Below, piece after piece: positions 38,883 to 51,865 of a DNA stretch of 64,000 nt (positions are counted from its first letter, which is position 1; the number at the start of each line of letters is the position of its first letter). Source of the DNA: Octopus vulgaris (Eukaryota); NCBI GenBank assembly GCA_951406725.2, contig OX597827.1, forward strand, positions 55,676,001-55,740,000, given 5' to 3'. A program made the position numbers and the translations under genes. The notes under the pieces were generated by a model. It had not been told where the DNA came from and did no database searches. It was given only the letters and a program-made list of their open reading frames with translations.

Positions 38883-40089
38883 CTGTAGAAAATATGGAAA
38901 AATACAAAATGGTTAACAAATAAACATTTATATCACTTTGGTACAAGCAACAAATCTGTGAGGGAGGAGAACAGTTGGTTGAATTGATCCTAGTATATAA
39001 CTGGTACTATTTTATGAACCTCAGAGATGTAAGACAAAACTGACCTTAGAGATATTTTAGAGTATAAAAGGAAAAAAAACCCCAACTAAATACTGCATGG
39101 CATTTAACTAGAAACTCTGCTAATTTTGCTAATCTACTGACCTAGCAATTGATTTCTTTCTTATAAACAAAATCAACTGATTTGTGGTGTAGTCAGTAGA
39201 ACTAATCTCAGTTTAATTTAATGACAGCATATAGTTCAATATTGAAGAGAGAGAGAGGAACAAAAACTAAATATCAAATCTTGACTGTTACTCTGTTTTG
39301 GTCATTTTCAGAAATGAAAATCATCATGCATGATAATTAATCCCTTGTAACCCATAGAGACATAAAAGACACCACTGAAATCTACCTCTTCATGTAGTGA
39401 TTCATAAAAGTATCATACTGATGTGGTTTCTGGTTGCTTTATTCAGGCTCATAGGAGGATCTGAGCTCTGAACAGTCAGCTAAAATATTTATTTCCAGTT
39501 AGTGAAACAGGTATATTGAGTTTAGTATCTTTGCTTGGGTCTCATTGAAGAATTGATGACAGTATTTGAGCCACCATACTGCTACATAAGAAAACCAAGC
39601 TTACAGTCCATATTATAGTAAAAGCCATGTTTCTCACACGTCTATCTATGCATCACATGCTCAGATTACGATGATTTTCAAATAATTCATTTATTTTTTT
39701 TATCATTTAGTCAGAACGAAAAGCAATGTCCATAACACCACCACCTTGAGAACCGGTTGGTGGTGTTAGATTGGGTGACAGAGTAAGTCTATGACTCACA
39801 TAGCTATGATAGGAACTTAAAAGGCAAAAATACAGAACAAATACTGTAAGGTATGTCTGCCAATCCACCACTCTGTATTGATGCCTTTTTATTGACTATA
39901 AAAGGATAAAAGGGAACAATTGATCTCAGAGAGGTTTGAACTTAGAGAACAAAGTCTCAGAACAAATACTGCATGTCATTATGACTGACAATCTAAAAAC
40001 TCAGCTAATTTGCTGCTTGTAGAAATGGAATAGAAAACAGTGAACTTATTCAATTTATTCATTGAATTCACTTCTACAATGAAAGGAAA

Positions 40090-40380
40090 ATGATTCTTTG
40101 GATTTTTCTTCAACAATCTGACACCAAGTTACCATTCACTCTAAAGAAGAAAAAATGCAATTTTCCTCTAAGGCATACTTTCATTATGATGATAACTAAG
40201 AGTCAAGGACAAAGTTTGAAGAGGAGTGCATTGTATCTTCTGATTCCAGTGTTCACACATGGACAATTATATGTTGCTATCAACAGATCAAAGAAAATTT
40301 ACAGAACAACCAGAAAGATACTTCTTGATGGTGAATACAGGATATAGACTAGGAACACTGTTACGGAAGAAATCATCCAA
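40090..40380 (+). pseudogene. Helitron RepHel (PIF1-like helicase) C-terminal relic
   Basis: FPLRHTFIMMITKSQGQSL..LYL..PVFTHGQLYVAINR matches helicase motifs V/VI (T.NKSQGQ, FSHGQLYVA.SR). Confidence 0.85.
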
Positions 40381-40908
40381 GTAAATTATAGAATGCATAT
40401 ACTAAGTTTGCAGAATATGAAATAAAATAATTAAAACGTAAATACTTATTGCTTACCCTTTAGCATTCAGATTACTCTGTCAAATGTAATGCTTATTTAT
40501 GCATATTGCTTTGAATTCATTATGCATGATCTCATAGCTTCAAGACTTTGATGGTGTGATGGTTTATTTTTAGAATGACATTGTAGGGTAGCCGTAAGAG
40601 GCTGGCTCTGGCTGGCCTGAACATGAAATAAGTAGAATATTTGGGCGTGATATTGCTATGGCCAGTTTAATGCTAAAAGAGTCAAATTTTGCCTTTTTGC
40701 CATCAGCAAAAGGAACGAGTCGAGAACTTCTGAACTTAACTTGAGCAGATGTTGTAAACCAATTTGTTAAACTTTACTGACCTCTTGAATCAGTTGCATG
40801 CATGTGTGTGTGTGTGTGTGTGTGAGCATGCACATTTGTATGAGTGAAGAGGAGGAGTGTGGGGGGAATTATAGAGAGAAAAACAAAACAAAAATCAAGA
40901 TGACTTAC

Positions 40909-41015
40909 TGGCAGGTTAGTGAATGACATAAATGTACTTTGTAAAAAAGCGATAAGATCCATGAGGTAGCCACTTGCATGACCTTTAGATTCCATTAACG
41001 CCCAGTCATAATTTG
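40909..41015 (-). CDS. EXOC6: EXOC6 exon (ANYDWALMESKGHASGYLMDLIAFLQSTFMSFTNLP)
   Basis: 107 bp, ttcag/gtaagt. Confidence 0.96.
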
Positions 41016-41105
41016 CTGAAACATGTAGGAGAACACATTTGTTTAGAAACCCATTGACACAAAACATTAACATTACCAGATTAATTGATTAATTTCATAA
41101 GGTAA

Positions 41106-41441
41106 GAAATATTGAATTTCTAAATCTCTCGTAGAGACATGTACGGTGGTGGGGCGATAGAATGGTTGTATACTGTCAATCTAACAAGAACGTGACAGTA
41201 GGGGGTACACCACCGCTGTATAGCCCTAGGAAGCATCGAACGCCTCCTGATAGCTTTGACACATTTTTTTTTTCCCTGTGTCCTTATATACATCCTTGTC
41301 TCCCCTTCGTATATGTATATAAGGACACAGGAAAAAAAAATGTGTCAAAGCTATCAGGAGGCGTTCGATGCTTCCTAGGGCTATACAGCGGTGGTGTACC
41401 CCCTACTGTCACGTTCTTGTTAGATTGACAGTATACAACCA
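41106..41441. mobile_element. Young asymmetric palindromic insertion (~133-bp arms) with TSD
   Basis: 41160-41293 is nearly the exact reverse complement of 41313-41444; ttcataaggtaa at 41094-41105 and 41442-41453; same terminus also present at 23648-23725. Confidence 0.85.
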
Positions 41442-42243
41442 TTCATAAGGTAATTATTACAAATATATGTTCAAATTCTAATGATGTGAAAATATTTATT
41501 GGTGATAAAACAAAAGAATTATAACTGTCTCTCATGTCACCTTTGTTTTATTAATCTTTGTTTAAAACAAATCTTTTAGAATAATATAAATAATTGTATA
41601 GGAAATTGTTAATAAAATATTTTTATATAACTATTTAGAGACTTCATCCATTGCTTACTTTAACACTAATGTTTGTTGCAAGCATTCAGGCCAGCTTCAA
41701 AGATAACTTTTGCCTTTACACTCCTGAGTTTTGGTGGCCCCGAGGAGAGTAATGGCTCCCTTGATTTCTTATCTTTGTTTTCCATTCTCACACGAGTTAG
41801 ACAGAATCTTCTGAGGTAGATTTTCTATGGCTGGATGCTTTTCCTGTCACCAACCCATGAGGAAACATTTCCCCATTACCAGACATGCTTGTCACAAAGG
41901 ATGGGGAATGAACGAGACTCATTTATAATCATCATGCGATGTCAAGACAATCACACACATACATATATAACATATTGGGTATATATGATACATATATATC
42001 AATATATGTATATATCTTTGTCAGTAAATCATAAATCCAAAAAAAAGCAGCAGTGTATTTAGATAGTTATGGCCGATTCACAGGGTTACCCAAGGTTTCA
42101 TGTTCATAAAGCACTTGGCTCTACATATGTCTTGCTAGACCCTAATTAAATTAGGGTCTGACAAGACATATGTAAAGCCAAGCGCTTTATGGATGCGGAA
42201 CCCTAGGTAACCCTATGAACCGGCCATAAGTATCTTTATCTAA

Positions 42244-42284
<41 letters not shown>

Positions 42285-42607
42285 TGATAGGCTTCTGTCC
42301 ATCAAATCCACTCACAAGGTTGGGAAGCAAGCTTCTTAACCACACAACCATGTCTCCAATAAAAAAAGAAAAAAAAAAGTCAAAACTTGAACTATTCCAC
42401 TATTTACTTGTAGCCTGTTTTGGTTCTTATATTATCAAGCAGCTAATCTAGCTGCAACATCTCAAAATTCTGGAGGCAAGATTTCCTTTCCTTACAGTTG
42501 CTGAAAGTGTGTTAGTGATTTGTTACCATAAATGTAACCAACTAGACTAAAGATTATAGTTCAAGCATCCCTCATTAACCACATACACACACACAGAGTA
42601 TACGTAC

Positions 42608-42680
42608 CTAAATCTAAAAATTCGTCAATTTTCACGTTAAGCTGTTTATATATATATTCTTCTGCTTCACTGCGTGCATC
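42608..42680 (-). CDS. EXOC6: EXOC6 exon (DARSEAEEYIYKQLNVKIDEFLDL)
   Basis: 73 bp, ttcag/gtacgt. Confidence 0.95.
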
Positions 42681-42900
42681 CTGAAGTAAAAAATTCACCA
42701 TGTTAAAACTACAAACATGAACATTGTGTTCAATAAGGAAACAGATATAATATATACAGAAAATGGTAGGTTATTGTAAACATTTATTTATAATTCAGAT
42801 ATTAGGTGTTGTATTCTCCAGCATAAAAAGCTATGATGATGATGACAAACAAGCATTTTTACGATTGTGGTTTGTGTGCACAAAGAAGTGAGTACCAGTG

Positions 42901-43414
42901 TTAACCCTTCAGCATTCAGATTATTCTGTCAAATGCAATGCTTCTTGATGCCCTTCCTAATGTCAATCACTCCAAGAGTGTAGTGGGTGCTTTTACGTGC
43001 CACTGGCACGAGGGCCAGTCAGGCCGTTGCCAGTACCGCTTGACTTGCCCTTGCGCAGGTGGCACATAAAAGCACCCACTACACTCTCAGAGTAGTTGGT
43101 GTTAGGAAGGGCATCCATCTGTAGAAACTCTGCCAGATCAGATCGGAGTCTGGTGCAGCCATCTGGTTCGCCAGACCTCAGTCAAATTGTCCAACCCATG
43201 CTAGCATGGAAAGCGGACGTTAAACGATGATGATGATGATTGTTTTGAAATAATCATTCGTTATCTAGTAGCTTTGAGATTTTGATGATGTGATTGTTTA
43301 TTTTTTACAATGACATTATAGGATAGATGGCAAAGGCCAGATCTGGCCAGTTTGAACATAAAACAGGTAGGATATTTTGGCTGCATATGACTGGATTGAA
43401 TGTTAAAGGGTTAA
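42901..43414. mobile_element. piggyBac-like MITE (TTAA-CCCT...AGGG-TTAA) with nested family C insertion; copies 23291-23497, 40453-40685, 46887-47085, 49280-49470, 54683-54830; related MITE 53120-53352
   Basis: TTAA ends, short TIR, shared internal sequence across copies. Confidence 0.75.
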
Positions 43415-43955
43415 GACAGTAAATCAAAAGATTAGTAAATCAATATATTGTAACATCATTTTATCTTTGCAGATGAAGTTAATCTGAAAATTATAATATT
43501 TGACAACATATCTCTAACATTTAGCATCTCAAGTCTCTTGTACTTGCTGCATGAGATAAAGTAGGTCCTCTGAGTTTTATCAAAATGTTTCTTGTGGTTT
43601 TGGTTCTTATATTATCAAGCAGTAAGTCTAGCTGCAATGTCTCAAAATTCTTGAGGCTAGATTTTCTTTTATGTTTATCTATATTTCAATATTTTTACAT
43701 GATAAATAAGTCTGATAAAACTTTCCAATGATATTTATGAAATAACTGTTTTATTTGGAGACTACTCTCAGTCAGGAACAGTAGTAAATAAGTTGTGTTG
43801 AATTTCTCAACCTGATGTGAGTGTGTGTGCATTTACATGCAAGCATATATTTGTCAAATATATTATTGAAGCATTGTTTTACAGTTAGATGCCCTTGCTG
43901 TTACCAATCCCTAACTGTCTGTCAAACACAAATATATATATATATATATCCATCA

Positions 43956-44049
43956 CAGCTGATCTTACCAATTGGTTTCGTGTTAGGGGTACAACGGATT
44001 GTTAGTTAACAATCTGATTATATAACTCCATGCTCATCAGAGATAGCTG
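43956..44049 (-). ncRNA. Type-I hammerhead ribozyme with extended stem II (sense in an EXOC6 intron)
   Basis: CAGCUAUCU-CUGAUGA-G...C-GAAA-CCAAUUGG-UA-AGAU(C)AGCUG; palindromic stem III, 9-bp stem I. Confidence 0.82.
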
Positions 44050-44992
44050 ATACGGAATGAAATATGGTGACTGCTCTCTATTGTTGGAGGTGAAAGGACA
44101 CATCCAGTTTGTGGTTGCTGTAAAGTGATGAAAAGAAACCAAAGGGATTTAGTTAAGAGTTATGTCCCTTGGTACCGAGTCATCGCTACTGCAAGTTGGC
44201 AAGAGTTTATGAAGTGTTTGTAGGAATTATATATACATATATATATATCTTATATACATGCACACATACACATATAAATAAATATATACATATATAATGC
44301 TTTTCTCAGGAGACAAGGGCTGTACCATAACTTCTGTAAAAAATGCCCCGTCAGTCATGAATGTCTATGGGATTGCACCTAGAAGATTCCCCTCTGAGGC
44401 ACAAGTCCAGGCAAGGTTGTTTGTGGAAGATTAGCAGTCACTCATGCATATCAGTCTCCCCTCTCAAAGTTACCGATGTTGTCCAAGGGAAAAGCAAAGG
44501 CTGATACAGCTTGGCACCAGGTGAGGTCACAACTCATTTCTACAGCTGAATAAATTGGAACAACATGAAATAGTGTTTTATTCAAGAACACAACACACAG
44601 GCCAGTCCAGGACCAAACTCATTACTATGATTGTGAGCCTGACGCTCTAATCAGTGGGCCATGTGTCTTCACATAACCTCTGTTAAGCTCTCCAAAAGGA
44701 GACTGAGAAAAAGTGGGGCTGTGTGGTCAAGAAAGAAAATTGGTATACATAGTGTTATTATTAAACCTGTAACATCACCCAAAACAGAATCTTTGGATTG
44801 TGCCAAAATTCCTGGCAATGAGTCAATTCTTTTCTGGCCCTAACTTAACTTTCAATAGGTCTTGTAGAGTAAAAGCAGAGTATTATTAATGTTATGAAGA
44901 ATCATGAAAAAAATCTAATAATGCAAAGTATGGGAATCAACTTTGTCAAAAAATTAGAATGAAGTTTAAAAAGCCTTTAAGATGGAACTTAC

Positions 44993-45047
44993 CTTAAACA
45001 TTGATGTACCATGTAGTTTAGCAACATGAATACTATCTTTCTCAGCA
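44993..45047 (-). CDS. EXOC6: EXOC6 exon (GAEKDSIHVAKLHGTSMFK)
   Basis: 55 bp, tttag/gtaagt, phase consistent. Confidence 0.93.
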
Positions 45048-45193
45048 CTAAAATTAGACAAATATAAAGGTTACTGTAGCAGTGTGCTGAGTTAATGAAT
45101 GAATGAATTAACGAATTTAAACATAAGGATAAAGACAGCAACTGTGATTTATTTCAGCAAACAAACAGGTAAAAAGCAAAACCAATTACTTAC

Positions 45194-45273
45194 CCAGTTA
45201 TATTGGAAATGTATTCTTCCAATGAACTACAGGATTTCTCTAAGTTATTCATATTAATGGAAATTTGGATGAG
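45194..45273 (-). CDS. EXOC6: EXOC6 exon (LIQISINMNNLEKSCSSLEEYISNIT)
   Basis: 80 bp, ttcag/gtaagt. Confidence 0.95.
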
Positions 45274-45676
45274 CTGAAAAAGAGGAAAGGCTTTTACAAT
45301 GGATGTGTGTGTGTGTGTGGGTGGGTGGGTGTACGGAAGGATCGCCATTAGTTTTGATAAGGTGGGTTCAGTGTTTTGACCAACAGCATTACCTACTCAT
45401 GCATTCCCCGGGTTCTACCCGTAACATAATAATCAGGAGTCAGTGAGACTGTGATAATGCTGTAGCTTCTGCATTACAAGTACAAACTATCTGACAGATT
45501 TCTATACAGTTTTCATCTCCCCAATTTCCCTCACAAGTTGTGGGTCAACCCAAGGTTATAGAAAGTGACAATTGCCCAAGATATAATGCAGTGAGATTGT
45601 ACATGGACCTTGTGGCATGAAGCAAATTTGTTAACTATTTGGTTATACTGTGCTCGTGTATGCATGTGTGTGCATG

Positions 45677-45719
<43 letters not shown>

Positions 45720-46430
45720 CTTGGATATACTTTGACCTAAGAATGGCCCAGGCTATGTCCAACTTAATAGCACTACCTGATAGGATTTGCTAAATCCTTT
45801 TTAAGTCATGTTTTGTAGTATAATGGCCCATCAAACTGTGATTATAACTCTATGTTGATGTAGCTTTGGTTTAAGAAAATATTTTAGTGTTTTACTCAAA
45901 GCAACCACAGCAATGAAGGTAGTCAATTGATATATAGAATCCATTTCCCCCTACATATTGCAATGCAATAAAAAATTTTTTTCATTTCAGTTGAACAAAA
46001 GAAGTGTAGATCAGACTACATAACAGCAATATATTTTGATTTCCATTTAGCTTTTGTGGCATTAATTTGTCAGGTTTTCTTGATTTTCCTCTGTGGTGCA
46101 AAGGTCAAACAACTATCAACAAGTCAATATTAAGTTCTGCAACTTTTCAAATTGTTTTGCATGGGTCCACTTCAATAATGGCTCTCAACAGGTTAGTGTT
46201 AATCACCCCTGAAAGTTGGTTGCAACCTTCTTCATGTTCAAGGCTCTCATCTCCATTGTAAATATTTTGAGAACCAATGTTGAACTGTATATTTATTGAC
46301 AATTCTCTGTTAGAATACTAGATTGATATTGCAAGTAGTTTTCACTGCTCTGTGTTCTATTTTGAACTCATGCAATAAAATCGCTCAAATTTTCATTTGT
46401 TTCCCAACCACCGTTAATTTAATAACTTAA
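45720..46430 (-). pseudogene. Decayed mariner transposase
   Basis: Frameshifted peptides TVQHWFSK, GDESLEHEEG, LRAIIEVDP and KWILYIN correspond to mariner HTH and DEKWILYDN regions. Confidence 0.75.
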
Positions 46431-47429
46431 AGTAAACAACAATAAACAGTGAAAGCAAAACCACTAGCATAATTCACCAACTGAAATCTACACTCCAAAA
46501 CGATATTACATGGATGGTAAGTAGCTTGCTTACCAACCACATAGTTCCAGGTTCAGTCCCACTGTGTGGCACCTGGGGCAAGTGTCTTCTACTATAGCTT
46601 CGGGTCAACCGAAGCCTTGTGAGTGGATTTGGTAGATGGAAACTGAAAGAAGCCTGTCATATACATGTATATATATGTGCATGATTGTGTGTCTGTGTTT
46701 GTCCCCACAACATTGTTTGACAACCGATGCTGGTGTGTTTACGTCTCCGTAACTTAGAGGTTTGGCAAAAGAGACTGATAGAATAAGTACTAGGCTGACA
46801 AAGAATAAGTCCTGGGGTTGATTTGCTCGACTAAAGGCAGTGCTCCAGCATGGCCACAGTCAAATGACTGAAACAATTAAAAGAGTAACCTTTTAGCATT
46901 CAAATTATTGTCAAAAGTAATGTTTATTTATTATTTTGTAGCTTTGAGATGTTGAAAAGTAACTCTTAATTTTTAGAATATAGTGTGAGAAAAGGGTTGG
47001 TGTGAGAGACCAGGTCTGGCTAGTTTGAACATGAAAAAGATAGAATATTTTGGCTGGATATGGCCAGCTTAAAGGCTAAAAGGTCAAAAAACAAGTACCA
47101 AAGTATAAAATAGCAAGAGTCATGCTTATTTTTGCACCATCCCAATATCACAAGTCACTTGTATCACCTGTATTGACCAGACTATTGGATGTTGTTATAC
47201 ACCACTGGCCACAATGCACTTCTAACTCTATTTCAATTTTATTCTTCTTTTCCATCATAAGTAATTTTTAAAAAATCACCAATCTCAGATAAAGTCACAC
47301 TTGGACAAATACAAATTGGTTGTTTATAACTTGCAAATATCAAAGTAAGAATCATTTTTATAGAAATATTATTTTGACAAATGATACAATCCAAAATATT
47401 AGAGATGTTCTCTTCCTTACAGTAAACCC

Positions 47430-48040
47430 AGTGAGGATGCACTTCAAGTGGTCTTTCCAACACTTTTTAAGACCAATATGTTGATGAGAGACCTCTGTTA
47501 GCTCACAAAAGAACACTGTATTTGGCAGACAGGATTCCCTCAGATGGATTATGTCCACAGTTCAAAGGAGAATATGTTTTGTAATCATTGCTTCAACATG
47601 GATGGACTGCATATGCTTCAAGATTTCTGTATGCTGTATTTTGCTTTTCTGAGTGTTACTTAGGATACACCGCAAACTATAAATGGGGAAACCTTCAAAT
47701 GTTCTGATTACTTTTCTGAAAAGCATCCAAGTTTTACATTGATATAAACAATAAAAGTCGCCCTTTCCAAGCCTAGCTAGGCTCATGGACTCAGTTTCCC
47801 GGTTTCAATGGCGTAAGTGTTCCCCAGTTGGATGGGATGCCAGTCCATCGCAGCGTTACTCATTTTTACCAGCTGAGTGGACTGGAGCAACGTGAAATGT
47901 AGTGTTTTGCTCAAGAACACAACGCGTTGCCTGGTCCAGGAAGTGAAACCACAATCTTACAATCATGATGCTGACATCCTAACCACTAAGCCACGCACCT
48001 CCACTTGCATTGATATAGTAGAGTCAAAATACAGGCACAC
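47430..48040 (-). mobile_element. RTE/BovB-like LINE relic interrupted by a SINE (47760-48004)
   Basis: YQCKTWMLFRK..LRCIL..EIL..LPNTVFFCEL..KKCWKDHLK; cattgatata duplicated at 47737 and 48008 around the SINE. Confidence 0.7.
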
Positions 48041-48122
48041 ATACACATAAGCAAAACTAGAAAGATCTGAGGAGGAATATTTACTGTTAAATATAATTAC
48101 AAAGAAAATGCAATCAACTTAC

Positions 48123-48234
48123 TTGTAGAAGGCTGAGGGAGGGCTTTTTGATGAGAGTTGATAAGCAGCCACTAAGTGTTCTTGTTAAAAGTTGATTTGT
48201 TGATTTACGAATCATATCATCTATTTCTGTGTGA
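48123..48234 (-). CDS. EXOC6: EXOC6 exon (SHTEIDDMIRKSTNQLLTRTLSGCLSTLIKKPSLSLLQ)
   Basis: 112 bp, cacag/gtaagt; conserved TEIDDM.RKSTN.LLTRTLS motif. Confidence 0.97.
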
Positions 48235-48435
48235 CTGTGAATGAAATGTATAAAAAGAGACAAACATTTCAAATTAATTTTAAATTAATTAACGTTTAAT
48301 TAACCCTTTTATTGCAGAAAGTAGAAATATCCACTCAAAATTTCATTACCCTTAACTGTAGAAAACAGTTTCTATACCAATCTACTTTTGTTGTGGAATG
48401 TCATGTTTAAAACTATTTTCTGTTGAGATCCGGGA

Positions 48436-48765
48436 TCCCCTTCGGTCACGACACTGACCATGGGATTGCACCTAGAAAGTTACCCTCCTAGTCACAAGTC
48501 TGGGCAAGGTGGTTTATGGAAGACCAGCAGTCGCCCATGCATACCGGCCTCCCCTCTCCACGCCAACAGTGTTATCCAAGGGAAAGGCAAAGGCCGATAC
48601 AGCTTGGCACCCGTGACGTTGCAACTCATTTCTACAGCTGAGTGAACTGGAGCAACGTGAAATAAAGTGTCTTGCTCAAGAACACAACACGCAGCCTGGT
48701 CCGGGATTCGAGCTCACAATCTCACGATCGTAAGCTCGACGCTCTAACCACTGAGCCATGCGCCT
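48436..48765 (-). mobile_element. tRNA-derived SINE family D (copies 20441-20746, 44345-44670, 60750-60945; related heads at 14190-14550+, 28845-29140-, 47760-48004-)
   Basis: Head GGCGCATGGCTCAGTGGTTAGAGCG...TCGAATCCCGG followed by GTGTTCTTGAGCAAGACACTT core; the 20441 copy is flanked by an aaaactcataaa duplication. Confidence 0.85.
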
Positions 48766-49619
48766 TCTGTTGAGATATGTCAAGTATATTGGGGCAATGT
48801 GACTTGCAGAAAATACCAACTTATTTTTTGGTAGATATTAACATCATTACAGAAAGAACCATGAAATTCAATTCATAGTCAAAGGGTGAAGAAAGCCAAG
48901 ATAATATAAAATAGTAGGAAAAACAAAATCATTCCGCTCCTGTTTTTCATGGCAGTATAAGCCAGAGATGTGGTAAAGATTCAAATGTTTTTCACAAATA
49001 TTTATGGTGCTTGCAAAAGCCAAATAATCTTCCTACTGTTTATATTTTTATTGCAATAAAAGTTTGATGCATTTTTCTCTCAATGATATAAACTAAGGTA
49101 AAACAAAATGTCTGGAAGAATTTGAACACATAAAAATTCTAACACCATCGTGTCTGATACATCACGACAATTTCTCGCATGCGCGCACACACACACACAC
49201 ATATGCTTTCTCATAACTTTATAAAAAATTTGAAACACATATTTCTTCATCTAATGAGTGAACCATAGTAATTTTTATGTTAATCATTTAGCATTCAGAT
49301 TACTCTGTCAAATGTAATACTTGTTTATTCATATTGCTTTGAATTAATTATGCATTATCTTTTTAGCAATGTGATTATGATGTGATAGTTTTATTTTACA
49401 GTGATATTGGAGGGAAAGAATGAGAGGTTAGAGCTGGCCAGTTTCAACATAAAACAGGTAAAATATTTAAAAGTTTTATCCATGAAAGCATATAATATTA
49501 ATTTACAGCAGGAGTCTCTTCCTAGCGCTAGCTAATCACCTGTCGGACAAGAATGGTATCAAATTTGAAGTGAGCAAGCTTAAGACTATCAAGATAATGT
49601 GTTGAGCATGTTAACTTAC

Positions 49620-49729
49620 CTTAAATGTAAATCAGATGAAAATTTCAAGCAAGCATTAATATACTCCTTGACTTCGTGATAAATTTTTGGTACAAATTGA
49701 GAGAAAGGAAACTGTTTTGGAAAGTCATT
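49620..49729 (-). CDS. EXOC6: EXOC6 exon (NDFPKQFPFSQFVPKIYHEVKEYINACLKFSSDLHL)
   Basis: 110 bp, tgcag/gtaagt; conserved FPK.FPFS..VP motif. Confidence 0.97.
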
Positions 49730-50826
49730 CTGCAACATAAAACATAAAAATATATATTAAATATATAACAAAACAATGTTGTCATTGAAATAAAGTACCA
49801 AGATTACTTCTGCCCCCCCCCCCCCCAAAATGTATATATTTTATTCCTCTAGACTCAGTATATCATTATTATTATATTATCATCATTTGAACAACCACTT
49901 TGCCAGGCTTGTATGGGTAAGCTGGAGTCTGTTGAGGTGAATTTTCTACAGTTGGCTGTCTTTCCTATTACCATCCCTTACCTGTTTCCAGGTAAAGTAA
50001 CATATCTCCATGACTTGACATGTCTTCACAGAAGATTGGAAAAAAAAAAGACACTGCTTGCATGACAGTGACACTCATTTACAACTTTCACACGACATCA
50101 AAGCAAGTGCCTTATGATACCATGAAATTGTAATATTTTTACTAATTTCTTAATCATGATTAGCAAAAGTGAAATTGCTTGACTATGTAAATATTTAATC
50201 TTATATAAAAATACATACATTCTGTGCATTTTCCTTCCTCTCATATTTTTCACTATATCTATCTATCTATACAGACAGACACACACATACACTAGTTTTC
50301 TTTCAGAGTCTGCCTACCAAATCCACCTCACATAGTTTTGGTCAACTCAGGGCTATAGGAGAAGATATTTGCTCAAGGTGCCATGCAATGGGACGGAACC
50401 TGAAACCATGTAGTTGGGAAGCAAACTTCTTACCACACAGCCACGTCTGTACCTTAGTATACAAATCATAGCACTTCATAGATATGCAAGTGGTTGAGAT
50501 TTGTTGCTTTTTCTTTTGTATCTAATTTAAAAAAAAAAAAAACTCTTTATTAGTTGGATCTGGAGGAAGGATTGTTGTGCAGGCACTCTAAAACTGGTGA
50601 GGTGAACTTGGTGAAAATACCTCTTGAATATTTACAGGTAAGACAAATGCAAGAGAATTCCTGTGGGTCAATGTTCTCAAGGACGAGGCATAGAGGTTAA
50701 TAATGAAGTCTAGAAATAGGGTGGCTGAACATTGCAGGATTTGAACTCAGAGTACTGAGACAGAACAAATAAAATAAAGTGAATCCTGTGAAAATAGGTT
50801 ACGGAAGGCATCACACGATTACTTAC

Positions 50827-50977
50827 CGCTGTTAATTGTTCTGATAAAGGAAAATCTCCCATAATTGTCTGAAAGTCTTTCTCATTTTCTATGTACATTG
50901 GTGTGTAGTTGTCATCACTGAAGATTCGGTCAAATATTGCTGCCCACTTTGTCATCAACATCTCATTATATTGATCC
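50827..50977 (-). CDS. EXOC6: EXOC6 exon (RDQYNEMLMTKWAAIFDRIFSDDNYTPM...EQLTA)
   Basis: 151 bp, gtag/gtaagt; lies within ORF 50710..50994. Confidence 0.96.
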
Positions 50978-51865
50978 CTACAACAACAAAACAAGTCAAT
51001 GATTGATTGAGTTATTACTTTTCAACTTATCATTTAAGACAGTCTTATCCCTTTTTTTTAATTGTTCTTCATCACCCACATAACTGTTCTGCAGGCTGAG
51101 TCACAGGCAGTAAATAATTCTCCATAGATACAAGCTGTATTCATTATGCAAAACTTATTTTCAAATCATCATTTAATGTTTGTAGTCCAAGCTGGCATGG
51201 GTTGGATGGTTTGATCAGAGCTGGTAAGCTGAGGGGCTGCACCAGACTCCAGTCGGATTTGGGATGGTTTCTATGACTGGATGCCCTTCCTAACACCAAC
51301 CACTCCAAGAATGTAATGGGTGCTTTTATATGCCACCAGCATGGGTGCCAGTTGTGTGTCACCAGTATCTGCCAGGAATACTGTTTCACTTGGTTTGATA
51401 TGTCTTCTCAAGCACAGCATATCGCCAAAGGTCTTGGTCATTTGTCATTGGCTCCATGAGGTCCAGCACTCAAATGGTGCTTTTTATGTACCACCAACAG
51501 AGGTGCTAGTTATGTGACATCAACAATGGCCACAACTATGATTTCACTTGGCTTGAAAGGTCTTCCCAAGCACAGCATATCGCCAAAGGCCTCAGTCACT
51601 AGTGATTGCCTCTGTGAGGCCTAACATTTGTCCCATGCCTTCCTGTTTCTCCCTCTTGTTAATTATTACAATGAATAGAAAACTGTATTCAATATTAAAC
51701 ATTTCAAAAGTCTATTTTCACAAAATAGGTTTTTGATTGTTTCATTCAAAGTGAACGATGTATCTTCTTGGTTTGACAGACAAAAGAGCAAAACAAAAAT
51801 CATTAATTAATTATAACCTAATGAAGAAAAGCATAAAGGAACCAAAAAATAAAAAAAATACTAAC

